Source: Trichinella spiralis
Taxonomy: Eukaryota
Direction of reading: 5' to 3'
Length of the DNA: 64,000 nt
Assembly (NCBI RefSeq): GCF_000181795.1
Contig: NW_003526943.1
Span: 7,399,566-7,463,565, forward strand
The notes under the pieces are model-generated. The model did not search any database, was not told the origin of the DNA, and saw only the letters and a list, made by a program, of their open reading frames with translations. The translations under genes and the position numbers were made by a program. Below, piece after piece: positions 13,245 to 23,644 of the stretch (position 1 is its first letter; every line of letters begins with the position of its first letter).

Positions 13245-16200
13245 TCATGAAGAGCACGTCCCGTGCTCACTTTCTGCGTCCTGTATGAAATCTTGGAGCC
13301 AGGCTGGTCGCCGCGTCTCTTTTTTCTCCCGTTGTCTCCCTTGGGTTCCTTCTCCTTGATGAGTGCCGTGGTACGGCTTCAGTCGGTGGAAGTGTTTCAC
13401 CATCTGTTCCCTTCCACCTCCCATCTTCTCCACCCGGTACGTGTTCCAATCCAGCTTCCTCTAGACTTAGTACGGACCGTCCCAGTACGCCCCAAGTTTG
13501 GTCTTTGTTAGGAGTTGCATCCAAACCTGATCACCAGGCTTATAGACGGGTCCGTAGGCTTTCCTGTCTTTCCAAGCCTTTTGGCGTCGTTGTTCCCGGC
13601 CGGCTTTCTTTCAGACCACCTCGTACACCCGCTCCAAATCTCTGTGCAGGTGCTGCACGTACTCCCCTGCGGTTCTCACTTGTGCCTCCTTCGGCATTCC
13701 GTACATCAGGTCCACTGGCAGCCAGAGCTCTCTGCTGAACACAACGCGGCTGGGAGTGACTCCGGTTGTGCAATGAACACTGGCCCAGTAAGCCAGCAGT
13801 ACTTGATCGAGGTGGGCATCCCAGTCTTCCGGATGGTCGATGGACGCCTTCGCTAGCATGTCCAGCAGCGTGCGGTTCACCCGCTCTACCAAGCCGTCTT
13901 ACTGCGGGTGGTAAGCGGTGGCCTGGGTTTTGGTCACGCCAAACAGCTGACACACCTCCTTCACCAATTCAGACTCGAAGTTCCGGCTATGATCGGAGTG
14001 CAGTGTCTCCGGCGCACCGTAGCGGCAGAAAACGCCGTTCACTAGAGCCGTTGCCACCGTGCGCGCCTCAGCATTGGGCAGGAGAACGCTTCCGGCCACT
14101 TGGAGAAGTAGTCGCACACCACCAGGATGTAGCGATTACCACTCCGTGTCTCCTCCAAGGGTCCATAGCCACTCGTTGGAAAGGGTGACTAACCGGCTGC
14201 AGCTGCATGGGGGCTTGCAATTTTCTTGTTGGGATCGCGCGAGCGGCGCACGTCTGACACGCTCAGCACCAATCTTCCACGTCGTCCCGCTGCTGGGGGC
14301 ATTAGTAACGCTGGCGCACTTTCACCGGGGTTTCTGCTACGCCTAAATAGCCCCCTGTCCGTTGGTTGTGGATGGCCGTAAGGATTTCCGGGATGTTCCG
14401 CCTCAGGATGACCGGCAACAACCTGGATTCTCCTTTATCAGGGATCTCCCACGTGCGACATACAGTCCCCTCCTGCAGGACTATCCTGCCGCGCTGGCTC
14501 CATAGGCTCTTCATCCAGAGACCCATCTGGAGCCAGTGGTGGCCATTTCTCCTTCTCGATTCACTCCCGGACCTGCATGAGCTCCGCGTCTTCCTTCTGC
14601 CACCGCCCAACGGGACTGGCTGACTGTAACGCCATAACTGCCAGGTGAACATCCGATTAGTCATCACCGGACCCGCACTGTCTGCAAGCGCGACGGGACA
14701 GCGCATCTGCGTTCTGGTGCCTCTTCCTGGGACGATGGACCACCTCAAAGTCGAACTCGGCCAGTTTTTCCAGCCAGCAGGCAACCTGTCCCTCAGGCTC
14801 CCGAAAGTTCTGCAATCTCTTCAAGGAGTTGTGGTCCGTCCGGGCTGTGAACTTCCTATCATAGAGGTATGGCCGGAAGTGGTGAGTAGCCCAAACTAGG
14901 GCCAGCAACTCCCTCCGCGTCGCGCAGTAACTCCGCTCCGCCCGTGAGAGCGAGCGGCTGGCGTACGCGACCACCCCGGTGGGCCCTGCTCCCCTTGCTG
15001 AAACAACACTGCCCCGATGGCGTCTTTGCTGGCATCCACATCCACCAGGAAAGTACGGTCGAAGTGTGGGTGGCATAGGATCGGGGGATTGACCAGTGCA
15101 TGCTTCAGCCGGGCGAGCGCTTCTTTCTCTTTCGGACACCAGCGCCACTTCTCACCTTTCTTTATCAGGGTGTGCAATGGATTCGCCACGCCGGTGAAAT
15201 TCCTGACAAACCGCCTGTAATAGGACGCCAGTCCCAGAAACCGCCGGACTTCCCTCACGCACTGAGGCGTGGGCCACTCCTGGACCGCCGCCGTCTTCTC
15301 TGGATCTGTACCAACCCCATGCTGCGTCACAACGTGGCCCAGGTACATGCCGCATCAGTTGGCACTTTTCTGGCTTGATCTTCAGTCCCACGGACTGCAG
15401 GCAGGACAGCACCTTTTCCAAGCGCTCCAAATGCTCCTCCTCTATCTTCCCGAAAACGATAATGTCATCAAGATAAACCATACATGTCTTTTACGTCAGT
15501 CCCCTCAGCGCTTTCTCCATCAAACGCTGAAACGTCGCCAGGGCGTTGCAGAGTACGAACGGCATAACGCGGAATTGGAAGAGTCCCAGGGGTGTGAAAA
15601 ACGCCGTCTCTCGGCTTTCCGCAACTTCGACTTGCCAGTAGCCGGACGCCAAGTCGAGCGTGCTGAACCACTTGGCCCCTGCCAGCGCATCCAGCGTATC
15701 GTCTATTGGCGGAATGGGTTGGACATCGACGCGCGTCACGGCGTTCAGTCTGCGGTGGTCAACGCAGAACAGCGAGGAATCGTCTTTCTTTCGAACCAGC
15801 ACTATCGGTAAACTCCAGGGGCCTGAGGCTGGTTCGATTACCTCTGCGTGCAGCATTTCCCGGATTAGCTGGTCTACCACCTCCCGCTGAGCTTGGGGAA
15901 GGCGTCGAGGTGGCAGCTACATCGGCTGGGCCCCTCTGGTCTCGATGCGGTGCTTTACAAGGCTCGTTCGTCCAAGGTCAGCATCGCCACGCAAAATGGC
16001 CTTCCCGCACTTCCAGAGTATGCTGCGTAGGACCCGCCTACTCTGCGCAGAACACTCCGCTCCGTCCACCTGGGTACGTGTCCAATCATCCGGCCCGTCT
16101 GCGCCGGCCTCTGCGTCAAATCCCACACCCTGTGGCTTGGCCACAACCGCGCAGCCGATGCTGGGCTGCCCGGCCCAGGTTGGGTCGTGCTCGATCCTCA

Positions 16201-17340
16201 CCTTCGAGCCGTCCATCATGGTCATTTCCTGAGTTTGCCAGTCGACTGTCCGAACGAGCGAGTCGAAAAAGTTCGTTCCCAGGACGCCTGGAATCACCAG
16301 ATTTCTCACCACCATCACTGACACATGTCCCCTCCAACGGCCCAGTTGCAACGGCACCACCTCCACTTTGCTGATGCACATTTGTCGACCATCCGCAAGC
16401 GGTATCGCCCCCGTCTCCCTCTCCAAGGGCTCTCCGCCTGAGGTGATCTGCCAAAGAGACTCAGGTATCACGGAGACCACCGCACCGGTGTCTAGCAGTA
16501 AGGAAACCCTCGTCCCACTCAGCTTACCGTTTACACATGGTTCGTCTGCTTGCAGTCCGGCCATGGACAACACCCGGCGGGTTCCAGGTCCGCCGCTCTG
16601 CGTGCCCGTTGGTAGTCGTTGGGTTCGGCATCTTTCGTGGGGGCAGTTGTGACGGAGGTAGCCCAAGCCACCGCTTAAAAGCAGCCGTCTCTTCTTCCGG
16701 CGGGTCGAACAGCCGTCAGCTCCTGCTTTTCCAGCTTCAGGGAAATCTTCCTCACCTCGCGTATCAAGTTGTCGATGGACTGGGTCGCTTCGGCCTTCTC
16801 CAGTTTTGGGTTGTAAGTGTGTAATTGCCGACTCTGGTGAAAGTCTTCTCCCGCCCGCATAACTTTACTGACCAGCTTCCGAGCTTCGGCAAGGGTTGAC
16901 GGTTCCTGCAGCCGCATCACCATATACGCCTGCTTCGAGGTTATTCCCCGTGCCACGAGGTCACGTTCTGATACGCCGGCTCTGCGTCTAACCTCTGCCA
17001 CCTCTTGGGCGTATTGTTCGATGGTTTAGCCCTCGCCTTGATGCAGGGCGTGGAACCGCTCGTCAGCTGTCCTGTCAACTCTTCCGGGGCGTACGTGCCC
17101 AGCAATCGTTTCTTGAACTCCTCGAAGGAATTCTCCCTTGCTTGTCCCGCCGGGTAGAGCTCGCGGTGGACTGAGCCGTTCAGCAGGTAGCGAGCGACCA
17201 CGCCGTGGTCAGAGTCACCACGAGAACTCTGCTGGCGCTGAAAAAGTCTTCCAGCCTCTCTAGCCACCCAAAGGAGTCCATGTCCGGATGAAAAGCCGGG
17301 GGCAGGCAATGGCAGGCACCTCGGTACGCCGATGGCGTCA
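13245..17340 (-). pseudogene. Disrupted gag-pol of the Gypsy element
   Basis: ORF fragments at 16941-17390 and 16675-17001 (gag), 15917-16666 (PR), 15491-15880, 15152-15481 and 14896-15348 (RT/RH), 14657-15148 (RH), 13899-14117 and 13611-13892 (IN) lie in shifting frames. Confidence 0.93.
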
Positions 17341-17358
17341 TTTCTCAGACAGGCTCCA
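17341..17358 (-). promoter_or_regulatory. Putative primer-binding site (TGGAGCCTGTCTGAGAAA)
   Basis: TGG starts 1 nt inside the 5' LTR end, the canonical PBS position. The cognate tRNA is not identified. Confidence 0.6.
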
Positions 17359-17359
17359 T

Positions 17360-17739
17360 TGTAACGAACCGCTCCCTCGAGCAGGCTCATTCGCTATCTC
17401 CATCGTGTTATTTGCGCGTCCGTCGCTATTTGGCGACGTGCCGGTATTGACCGGTGGGTTTCCCTTTCTTTTTGCTTCGTGCTTTCCCGATTGCATTGTA
17501 ACAATCAGGCAACAAGCAGTAAGTTATTTTGCTTATTGGCAACCAAAAGCAAAGACTGACGGCGAGGTATTACCGCAAGCCTCTCTGACAGCAAACCAGC
17601 AACTGCCACACACACACGTACGTCTGTTCTACCGTACTCTGCCTCTGATATTTAAGTCCAGTTCTTCCTACGGTAGCTTTACCTTTCTTCCGCTTTGTTT
17701 ACTGGAGGAATAGTTGTTAGTCCGTCCGCGTCCGCTACA
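17360..17739 (-). repeat. 5' LTR of the Gypsy element
   Basis: TGTAAC...GCTACA. About 87% identical to 12847-13232 by manual alignment. Confidence 0.95.
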
Positions 17740-18241
17740 TAACAATATATGCAGTTTTTATTTCATGAGCTGAAATTTTCAGAAATTTATTAAAAGGTAT
17801 TTTTTGCATCATATAATATAAAATATGTGCAATAATATATTAAAAAGTGCAATAAAATATACATACAGTATGACAGAATTTACATTTGTACCTATTTTTT
17901 ATTTGTTAAAAGTACCAATAGCGTTTAGACTCAACAAGTTTTGCGTTCACTTTGTTGTGTAATATAGTCATTGGCACAGCATATTTTACTCTCTTCTTCT
18001 TGGCTATTTAAAATATTACAAGTCATTTTATTGGTAAGCAGTTGTCATTGATTGTTTGTTACACTGATTTTAATAAATTTTGTTTACTTCTCAGGCTTGT
18101 CAATCTTTTATTTAATATAGATTCCCTTAGATTTGTTTCAGATTTGTTAAGCGTAACTATGCAATTTAATAATTCAAATGACATTGCTGTTTCAGATTTC
18201 ATAACTGCGGTCTTACTGCTGCTTTTTTCTGCCGTTTTGCA

Positions 18242-20620
18242 ATGGATCCCTTGGGCGATGAAATTTTTGTGAGCATAGACGCTATCATCATGGAAGCTAA
18301 GCAAGGACGCGTCCCTGAAAACCTCCAAATGAAGTTGCTGCAAATTCTGTCTTTTTTAAAAATTCATGGTAAGCGATTAGAAATTGTCTCCAGGGAACGA
18401 ATAGAAAGCTTATATGAGGCATTCAATGTTTTTAATTCAATGTTAATGGATAATACGGCTGAAAATAATGGTAGACATCTATTGAATGAATTATTGGAAC
18501 TCCGTGAAAAGAGATGGAAAATTCATGAGAATGATCAAGATTTTGATTTGAATGAGTTGGAAATTTTTGATAAAAAGAATTTGATGAACAAGGATAGCAA
18601 AAGCATCAGTAATGAAAAGAATGAAAATATACCACAAATTGTCCAAAATAAAGATATGGAAAAGATTCCTAAGACATTTAACGAATGTAAAGCTGTTTGT
18701 AAAACTTCGCATTCTGTTGCAATTTCTTACAAAGAAAATATGCCAATGAAAGAAGAGTTGAGCATTGTTGAAAAGAAATATACTAAATTTGTGAGTAATG
18801 ATGGACGAAATATGAAGATCATTAATTGGAATAATGTTGTCAAATTTATTGAAAGTTTGTATCTTCAGCAGCAGGAACCTTTTCTAAGTCTAGAAGAAGA
18901 AAAGATATTTCGGAATGTCATAAAACTCATGAATAATAATGCTAATAGGATGAATGTTTCATATCAAATGATTATAGACATGCTTAACACTTTTATCAGA
19001 GATTTACTGGTGAAGAAAACAACAATATTCAATCTTAATTTACGTAATGAAATGAAAACCTTCTTGGAAAAGCAATATTGCTGTAAAGGGTATAATATGG
19101 ACCGCGCATTGCTAATGTTGAATGGTAGTGGGCAAAAAGGATCAGAAGTTTCTATCAGAACAACTACTTTCAGTATAAAATGCCGAGATCCTTCTGTTAT
19201 ATTCTTAAATGATAAGAAAAAAGCATCTCAAATTGAAAAATTCAGTTTATATCGTGAGCAAGGTAATGTTGACAGCGGATTTGGGGGTGAGTTGTCTGAG
19301 ATATTTACAACAAACGTATCTGAAGAAGCTGAAGCAGTTAGCCAACCAGTATTCTGTAGAAAAATTGCTGTTGAAAAGTCCTTGTGCAAAATTCTTATTG
19401 GCATTAAAGGTATGCTACTGAAGATACTGGAACATTTAGCAACTTGTAAAATTATTTTGAAGCCAGTTGTCCGTGGCTTGAATTTCCGAGAGATTCTAAT
19501 TTTTGGATTTACTGAAGACGTAGTGTATGTAGCAGATAAATTGATACATATTGTTATGGAGTTTAGGATTAAACTTCCTAAACATGAAAACTACTCTTTC
19601 AAGCAAATAGAAAAACATAATTTCCAAGCAGCGAACTGGTATTTTGAATATCCTGTCAATTTAAATGAACAACTATTAGGAAATGTATCCTCATCAGAAG
19701 ATTTGACTAAAATGCAACAAGTCATTAAACACGCTTTGGATAATTTATATTACTGCAAAGAATTTTTACTTAATGGAAATATGCCTGAGAATTATGGTAT
19801 TTTTAAAAAGAAAAAAAGGATTCATTTTCGATTGATAGTGTGTTCTGATCAAGAAAAAGGAACTGATGAATTTAATAATTATGAATTAGCTATTTGTGAA
19901 AAAGCAGTTATGAAGAAAGATGTCAGCTGTGAAATGCTTAAGAATACTTCAAATCAACATGTATTTTCTGCTTTGGAAGCTCATTATGAAGCCATACGAG
20001 TGTATCGCAGAACTGAATGGATGCTGAAAAAAATTTCTCTTGATACGCTTAGAAAGTTCATAGATATAGATGGCATTGCGTTACATTTTATTGAGAGTAT
20101 GGCTCGCGTCACTTTAAAATTCAACAAAAAAAATATAGCTGCAGATAACTGTGGAAGTGAAAAGTTTCTACTGCTAATAGTATCAAATGAACGAAAGTGG
20201 TTAACTTGTGCCAGTAAAATAATTGATGTAATTGAGAATGCTAATTTGAGTTTTGCATTGTTTTTACGACCAGATGGGGAGCAGATGATAAAGAACATCG
20301 TGAAGGTGCAAACTAGAATGGGATGCATTTTAAATGAAATCCGTGATCTGCAGAAATCAGAAATTAACTTTTTGATGAAGTGGAATGCATTTCGTTATAT
20401 GAGAAGAAACAAAAATAGTCTTAAAAAAGAAGAAAATTTAAACATAGAAGATGGATTTATACCTGTACATTGTTTACATGGAAATGAAAAAATCGTCGAA
20501 GATACGGTTGAGAAAATAGATGATGAAGAGTTACATAATGCAATTTATTTATGGAAAATTCAGAAACTGAAGCAAACACTGTTGAAAATTCAATCAGAAG
20601 CTTTACCAAAAGATTTATGA
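18242..20620 (+). CDS. Mextli-like eIF4E-interacting protein (partial MIF4G-like N-terminus plus KH domains), paralogue 1, single coding exon
   Basis: 792-aa ORF. N-terminal LKIHGKRLEIVSRERIE..LLNELLELREKRW resembles the Mextli MIF4G-like helices. KH domain ILIGIKGMLLKILEHLATCKIIL..REILIFG (GxxG at 19400-19411) is followed by the EYPVNL..LDNLY segment as in Mextli. Probable 5'UTR intron at 18034-18195. Confidence 0.78.
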   Translation: MDPLGDEIFVSIDAIIMEAKQGRVPENLQMKLLQILSFLKIHGKRLEIVSRERIESLYEAFNVFNSMLMDNTAENNGRHLLNELLELREKRWKIHENDQDFDLNELEIFDKKNLMNKDSKSISNEKNENIPQIVQNKDMEKIPKTFNECKAVCKTSHSVAISYKENMPMKEELSIVEKKYTKFVSNDGRNMKIINWNNVVKFIESLYLQQQEPFLSLEEEKIFRNVIKLMNNNANRMNVSYQMIIDMLNTFIRDLLVKKTTIFNLNLRNEMKTFLEKQYCCKGYNMDRALLMLNGSGQKGSEVSIRTTTFSIKCRDPSVIFLNDKKKASQIEKFSLYREQGNVDSGFGGELSEIFTTNVSEEAEAVSQPVFCRKIAVEKSLCKILIGIKGMLLKILEHLATCKIILKPVVRGLNFREILIFGFTEDVVYVADKLIHIVMEFRIKLPKHENYSFKQIEKHNFQAANWYFEYPVNLNEQLLGNVSSSEDLTKMQQVIKHALDNLYYCKEFLLNGNMPENYGIFKKKKRIHFRLIVCSDQEKGTDEFNNYELAICEKAVMKKDVSCEMLKNTSNQHVFSALEAHYEAIRVYRRTEWMLKKISLDTLRKFIDIDGIALHFIESMARVTLKFNKKNIAADNCGSEKFLLLIVSNERKWLTCASKIIDVIENANLSFALFLRPDGEQMIKNIVKVQTRMGCILNEIRDLQKSEINFLMKWNAFRYMRRNKNSLKKEENLNIEDGFIPVHCLHGNEKIVEDTVEKIDDEELHNAIYLWKIQKLKQTLLKIQSEALPKDL

Positions 20621-21545
20621 AGCTAATCACTGAAACGGCGTTTTTGGAATTTTACATCACTGCAGCAAATCAACTTGATATTAACTGATAAACATAATTT
20701 GATATTTTTCTGTTTGATTGCTGTTTGATTTTCAGCATTAGAATTCCTTAAATTCTATATTTTTGTGTTATACAGTAACATTTTGTTATATTCACCTTCT
20801 GTTATTCGCTCACTGCTAACTTCTCTATATTTTTAGAGTTATGATAGTTATTTCAATTGCATTCTATAAATGCATGTTTTCGCTGATGCAGTATTTCTTT
20901 GGCACATTTCATGTACCACTTATGTTTAATAAATGGATACTTAACTGAGATCATTTGTTATGATTTGAGACATATGCTTATGTTCCTATTTGTACAACAT
21001 TTCATACTTTCATTAATTACTTTATTATTTTTAATACTCTCATTAAACTTTTATTGTGAATCATTTAGGAAGGTTTCACTGTAAAAACTAGTTTAGCTTG
21101 ATCCAAACATGAAACAAAAATTTGCCTTACGTACACAGAATACATACAGCACTACTTTTTTAGAGGGGGGGGATCAACTGTACAATCTTTATTAAAAGAG
21201 GGGAGGGTGAGCGCTAATACGCGACACAAAATTTATCTCAAAAACAAAAAAATGTTTAGTTAAAATTCTGTTAGTACCATTACCCTTAAAATAACTGTTG
21301 ACTGTGACGTGCTTGTGACTTTCAGTCAGTATTACAAAGGGTAACTTAACATTCAACAATAAACATACAGCAAAGAATAATTACCTGTACTAAAAATAGC
21401 AAAAGTTCAGCTTTATTAGCCACGATAAATGAAACGCGTAGAAACACTGAATTTGTACTTCTATGGTCAGATTTAGCTCTGTTTCCTTATATTTTTTAAA
21501 AATTTGACTAATATAACTGTAGAAAAGCAAATGGTTAACAAAAGG

Positions 21546-22582
21546 TTGGTGCAGTTCGAGGCAAATGTTGACCCCGTTTTCTTATTGGTTGTTGAACGCG
21601 TTATTTTATTTTGCCATCGTGTAATTGTCTTATTGGTTGATTGAAACAAACTCAACATAATTCTCGAATAATAAATATTTTCATTATTTTGTATATAAGA
21701 GTCACCTACAAAAAAGGGGAAAAGAAGTGCAGGGGAAAAAAGACCCTTCAAAAATCCCTTAGCGGACGGGGCAGGTCGAGACCCTTTCTAAGAATCACCT
21801 TAAACCATCCTTGGATTTCAGTTGTGATTAGCTGTAATATTTTTAATTTCATTGGTTAAAATATTCCATTTAGGAGTACGTAACTAATAGTAGTTATGTA
21901 ACATTAATAATGAAAATATTTATTTAAAATAATACAGAATGGGCTGCTTTCAATTAACCAATAAGACAACGGCATAAAGGTCCAATAAAATAGCGTGTTC
22001 AATGACCAATAAAAAATAAGGTCAAAATTTGGCCCGAACTGGACCATCTCTTAACAAAAACAAAACATGCTCTAGAACTGATTCTGGAAACTCTATAATA
22101 TTCTGAAAAATGATTATTACTGAAATTTGGTTTGCAAACCAAAGGTTGCAAAAAGGAAAAGTCCTGTAACAAACACTGACAGGGCAGTTTTTGCTGTTTA
22201 GTGCTTTTAAGATTGTCAAACTAAAAGTTTTGCATAATTTTACAAATAAATGATTTGCATAAATGCGACTGATAAGAACTACAAATAAAACGGATAAGGA
22301 TGGGTTGTTTCCAAACAATAGCAAATGGATGCTGACAAGAAAGAAAATGATTTATGTCAGGTTTCCACTGAACTCTGCTCTTATTCAAAAATGTGCCAAA
22401 AACATGGTTTATTTAGAAAAAGTTGTAAATGACAGAAAATAAAGTGATTTGGAAATTCTGAATTTCCTTGTGAATGCTTTTCAAAGATTTACCCCAAAGG
22501 AGTCCCAAATTTCACCGCGTTTTCTTATTTGTCATTGATCGCGCTATTTTATTGGACCGTCATGTCGCAGTCTTATTGGTTT
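21546..22582. repeat. Three degenerate copies of a 75-100 bp repeat in alternating orientation (21546-21646, 21948-22047, 22506-22582); MITE/foldback-like
   Basis: Copy B aaccaataagacaacggcataaaggtccaataaaatagcgtgttcaatgaccaataaaaaataaggtcaaaattt is a degenerate reverse complement of copies A and C. Each copy carries two to three spaced CCAATAA motifs. Confidence 0.75.
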
Positions 22583-22750
22583 TTCTTTTCTAATTGCTCA
22601 TTGATTCAAACCTTTTGATTTTGATTACTTCTAAGCTAACAGACGCTTCTTGTTATGCATATAATGTATAAAATATAATTAGATATGATCATATTCACGT
22701 ATATTACTTGTGTGTTATCTTTATGTTACTGAGATAATCGTATAAACCTC

Positions 22751-22760
22751 NNNNNNNNNN
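22751..22760. other. Assembly gap (10 N)
   Basis: Run of n in the sequence. Confidence 1.
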
Positions 22761-23203
22761 GTATATGGCGCGGCGCGCTTTCTAGCCCTATACATAGGGC
22801 CAGGGTCGGCGGCCCCGCGGTCGACCCAAACGCGAACCACCAATAGGCAGCTCGCTCGCGGCGGGAGCGCTCGCTATCTCCGGCGCCGATCTAAAGCCTT
22901 GTCAGTCTTCAATTATGTTGTCATGGTTCGGATCTCTTGATCCTGCGCTAATCCCTTAATGGTCACGTCATGATGGCCATTTCCACTCCCTTTGATCTGA
23001 CTGCCGTCGCCGCTATGGCGCACTCGCCATTGTCTCGCGAACGACGATAGATCGAGGCGCAGCAGGGGGTCTCTCTGACCCCGACTCAGAGCCGCCAGAC
23101 GCCCAGATAGCGATCTGGCCGGCGATGCGCGGGTATTGTTCTTGGCCTACCCGCGACTTCTGGGCACCAGCCCTTGGCCAGGTCACACCGACTAGGTCGG
23201 TGT
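22761..23203. mobile_element. GC-rich, hairpin-dense non-coding island abutting the gap; probable terminus of a collapsed repeat or mobile element
   Basis: Abrupt GC rise in an AT-rich background, at least eight short stem-loops, no ORF. It ends with ACACCGAC-TAG-GTCGGTGT. Confidence 0.45.
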
Positions 23204-23644
23204 TTCTTATTCAAAAATATAACTTTTACTTTATGCTAAAATATTTAAGTTCCGTCCGGAACAAAAATGACAAATTAAAAAGTATTCAATACAATTATTA
23301 AAATTTTGCATTTATTGAGGTATTACTTTATGGAACTACAGTAATTCTATTTTAATTTAATAATTCTATTGAAATTCAATAATTCAAAATTTATGTTTTG
23401 AATTTTTTGATAGCGTAAGTAAATGTAGTAAATATCTATAATTTAAAATGCTATTTAAAAAAATATATACATATGTCCTTAATTTAAAATTATAAAATTT
23501 TACTATCAGTAAGTATTTTTCTACAAAACATCTGTATAAATGATAATAAAGTTGCATTCTCTAGATGTATTGTCATTGCCAGTTCTACCTTACTGTCGGT
23601 TGCTCTTATTGTGACTGTTTTCCTGCAGCGTTTCAAATAGAAAA

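Larger units (their letters stand above)
12847..17739 (-). mobile_element. Full-length, decayed Ty3/Gypsy LTR retrotransposon
   Basis: Two direct LTRs of about 385 bp with TG...CA ends and a TAAC target-site duplication (12843-12846 and 17740-17743). The GC-rich internal region on the minus strand encodes gag with a degenerate zinc knuckle, protease (LLDTGAVVS), RT (LDLASGYWQ, YLDD), RNase H (VDAS, TDH) and integrase (LHSDH, TAYHPQ, VERVNRTL) in Gypsy PR-RT-RH-IN order. It has many frameshifts and stops. Confidence 0.97.

Noticed and set aside
12894..17713. Many overlapping plus-strand and alternative-frame ORFs across the GC-rich block, including LTR ORFs 12898-13203 and 17288-17713
   Set aside because: They are shadow ORFs of the GC-rich Gypsy element. 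All recognisable motifs lie in the minus-strand gag-pol fragments.
18042..18343. Paired small ORFs overlapping the starts of both Mextli-like genes (also 45895-46238)
   Set aside because: Their similarity simply reflects the duplicated main gene read in other frames or on the other strand.
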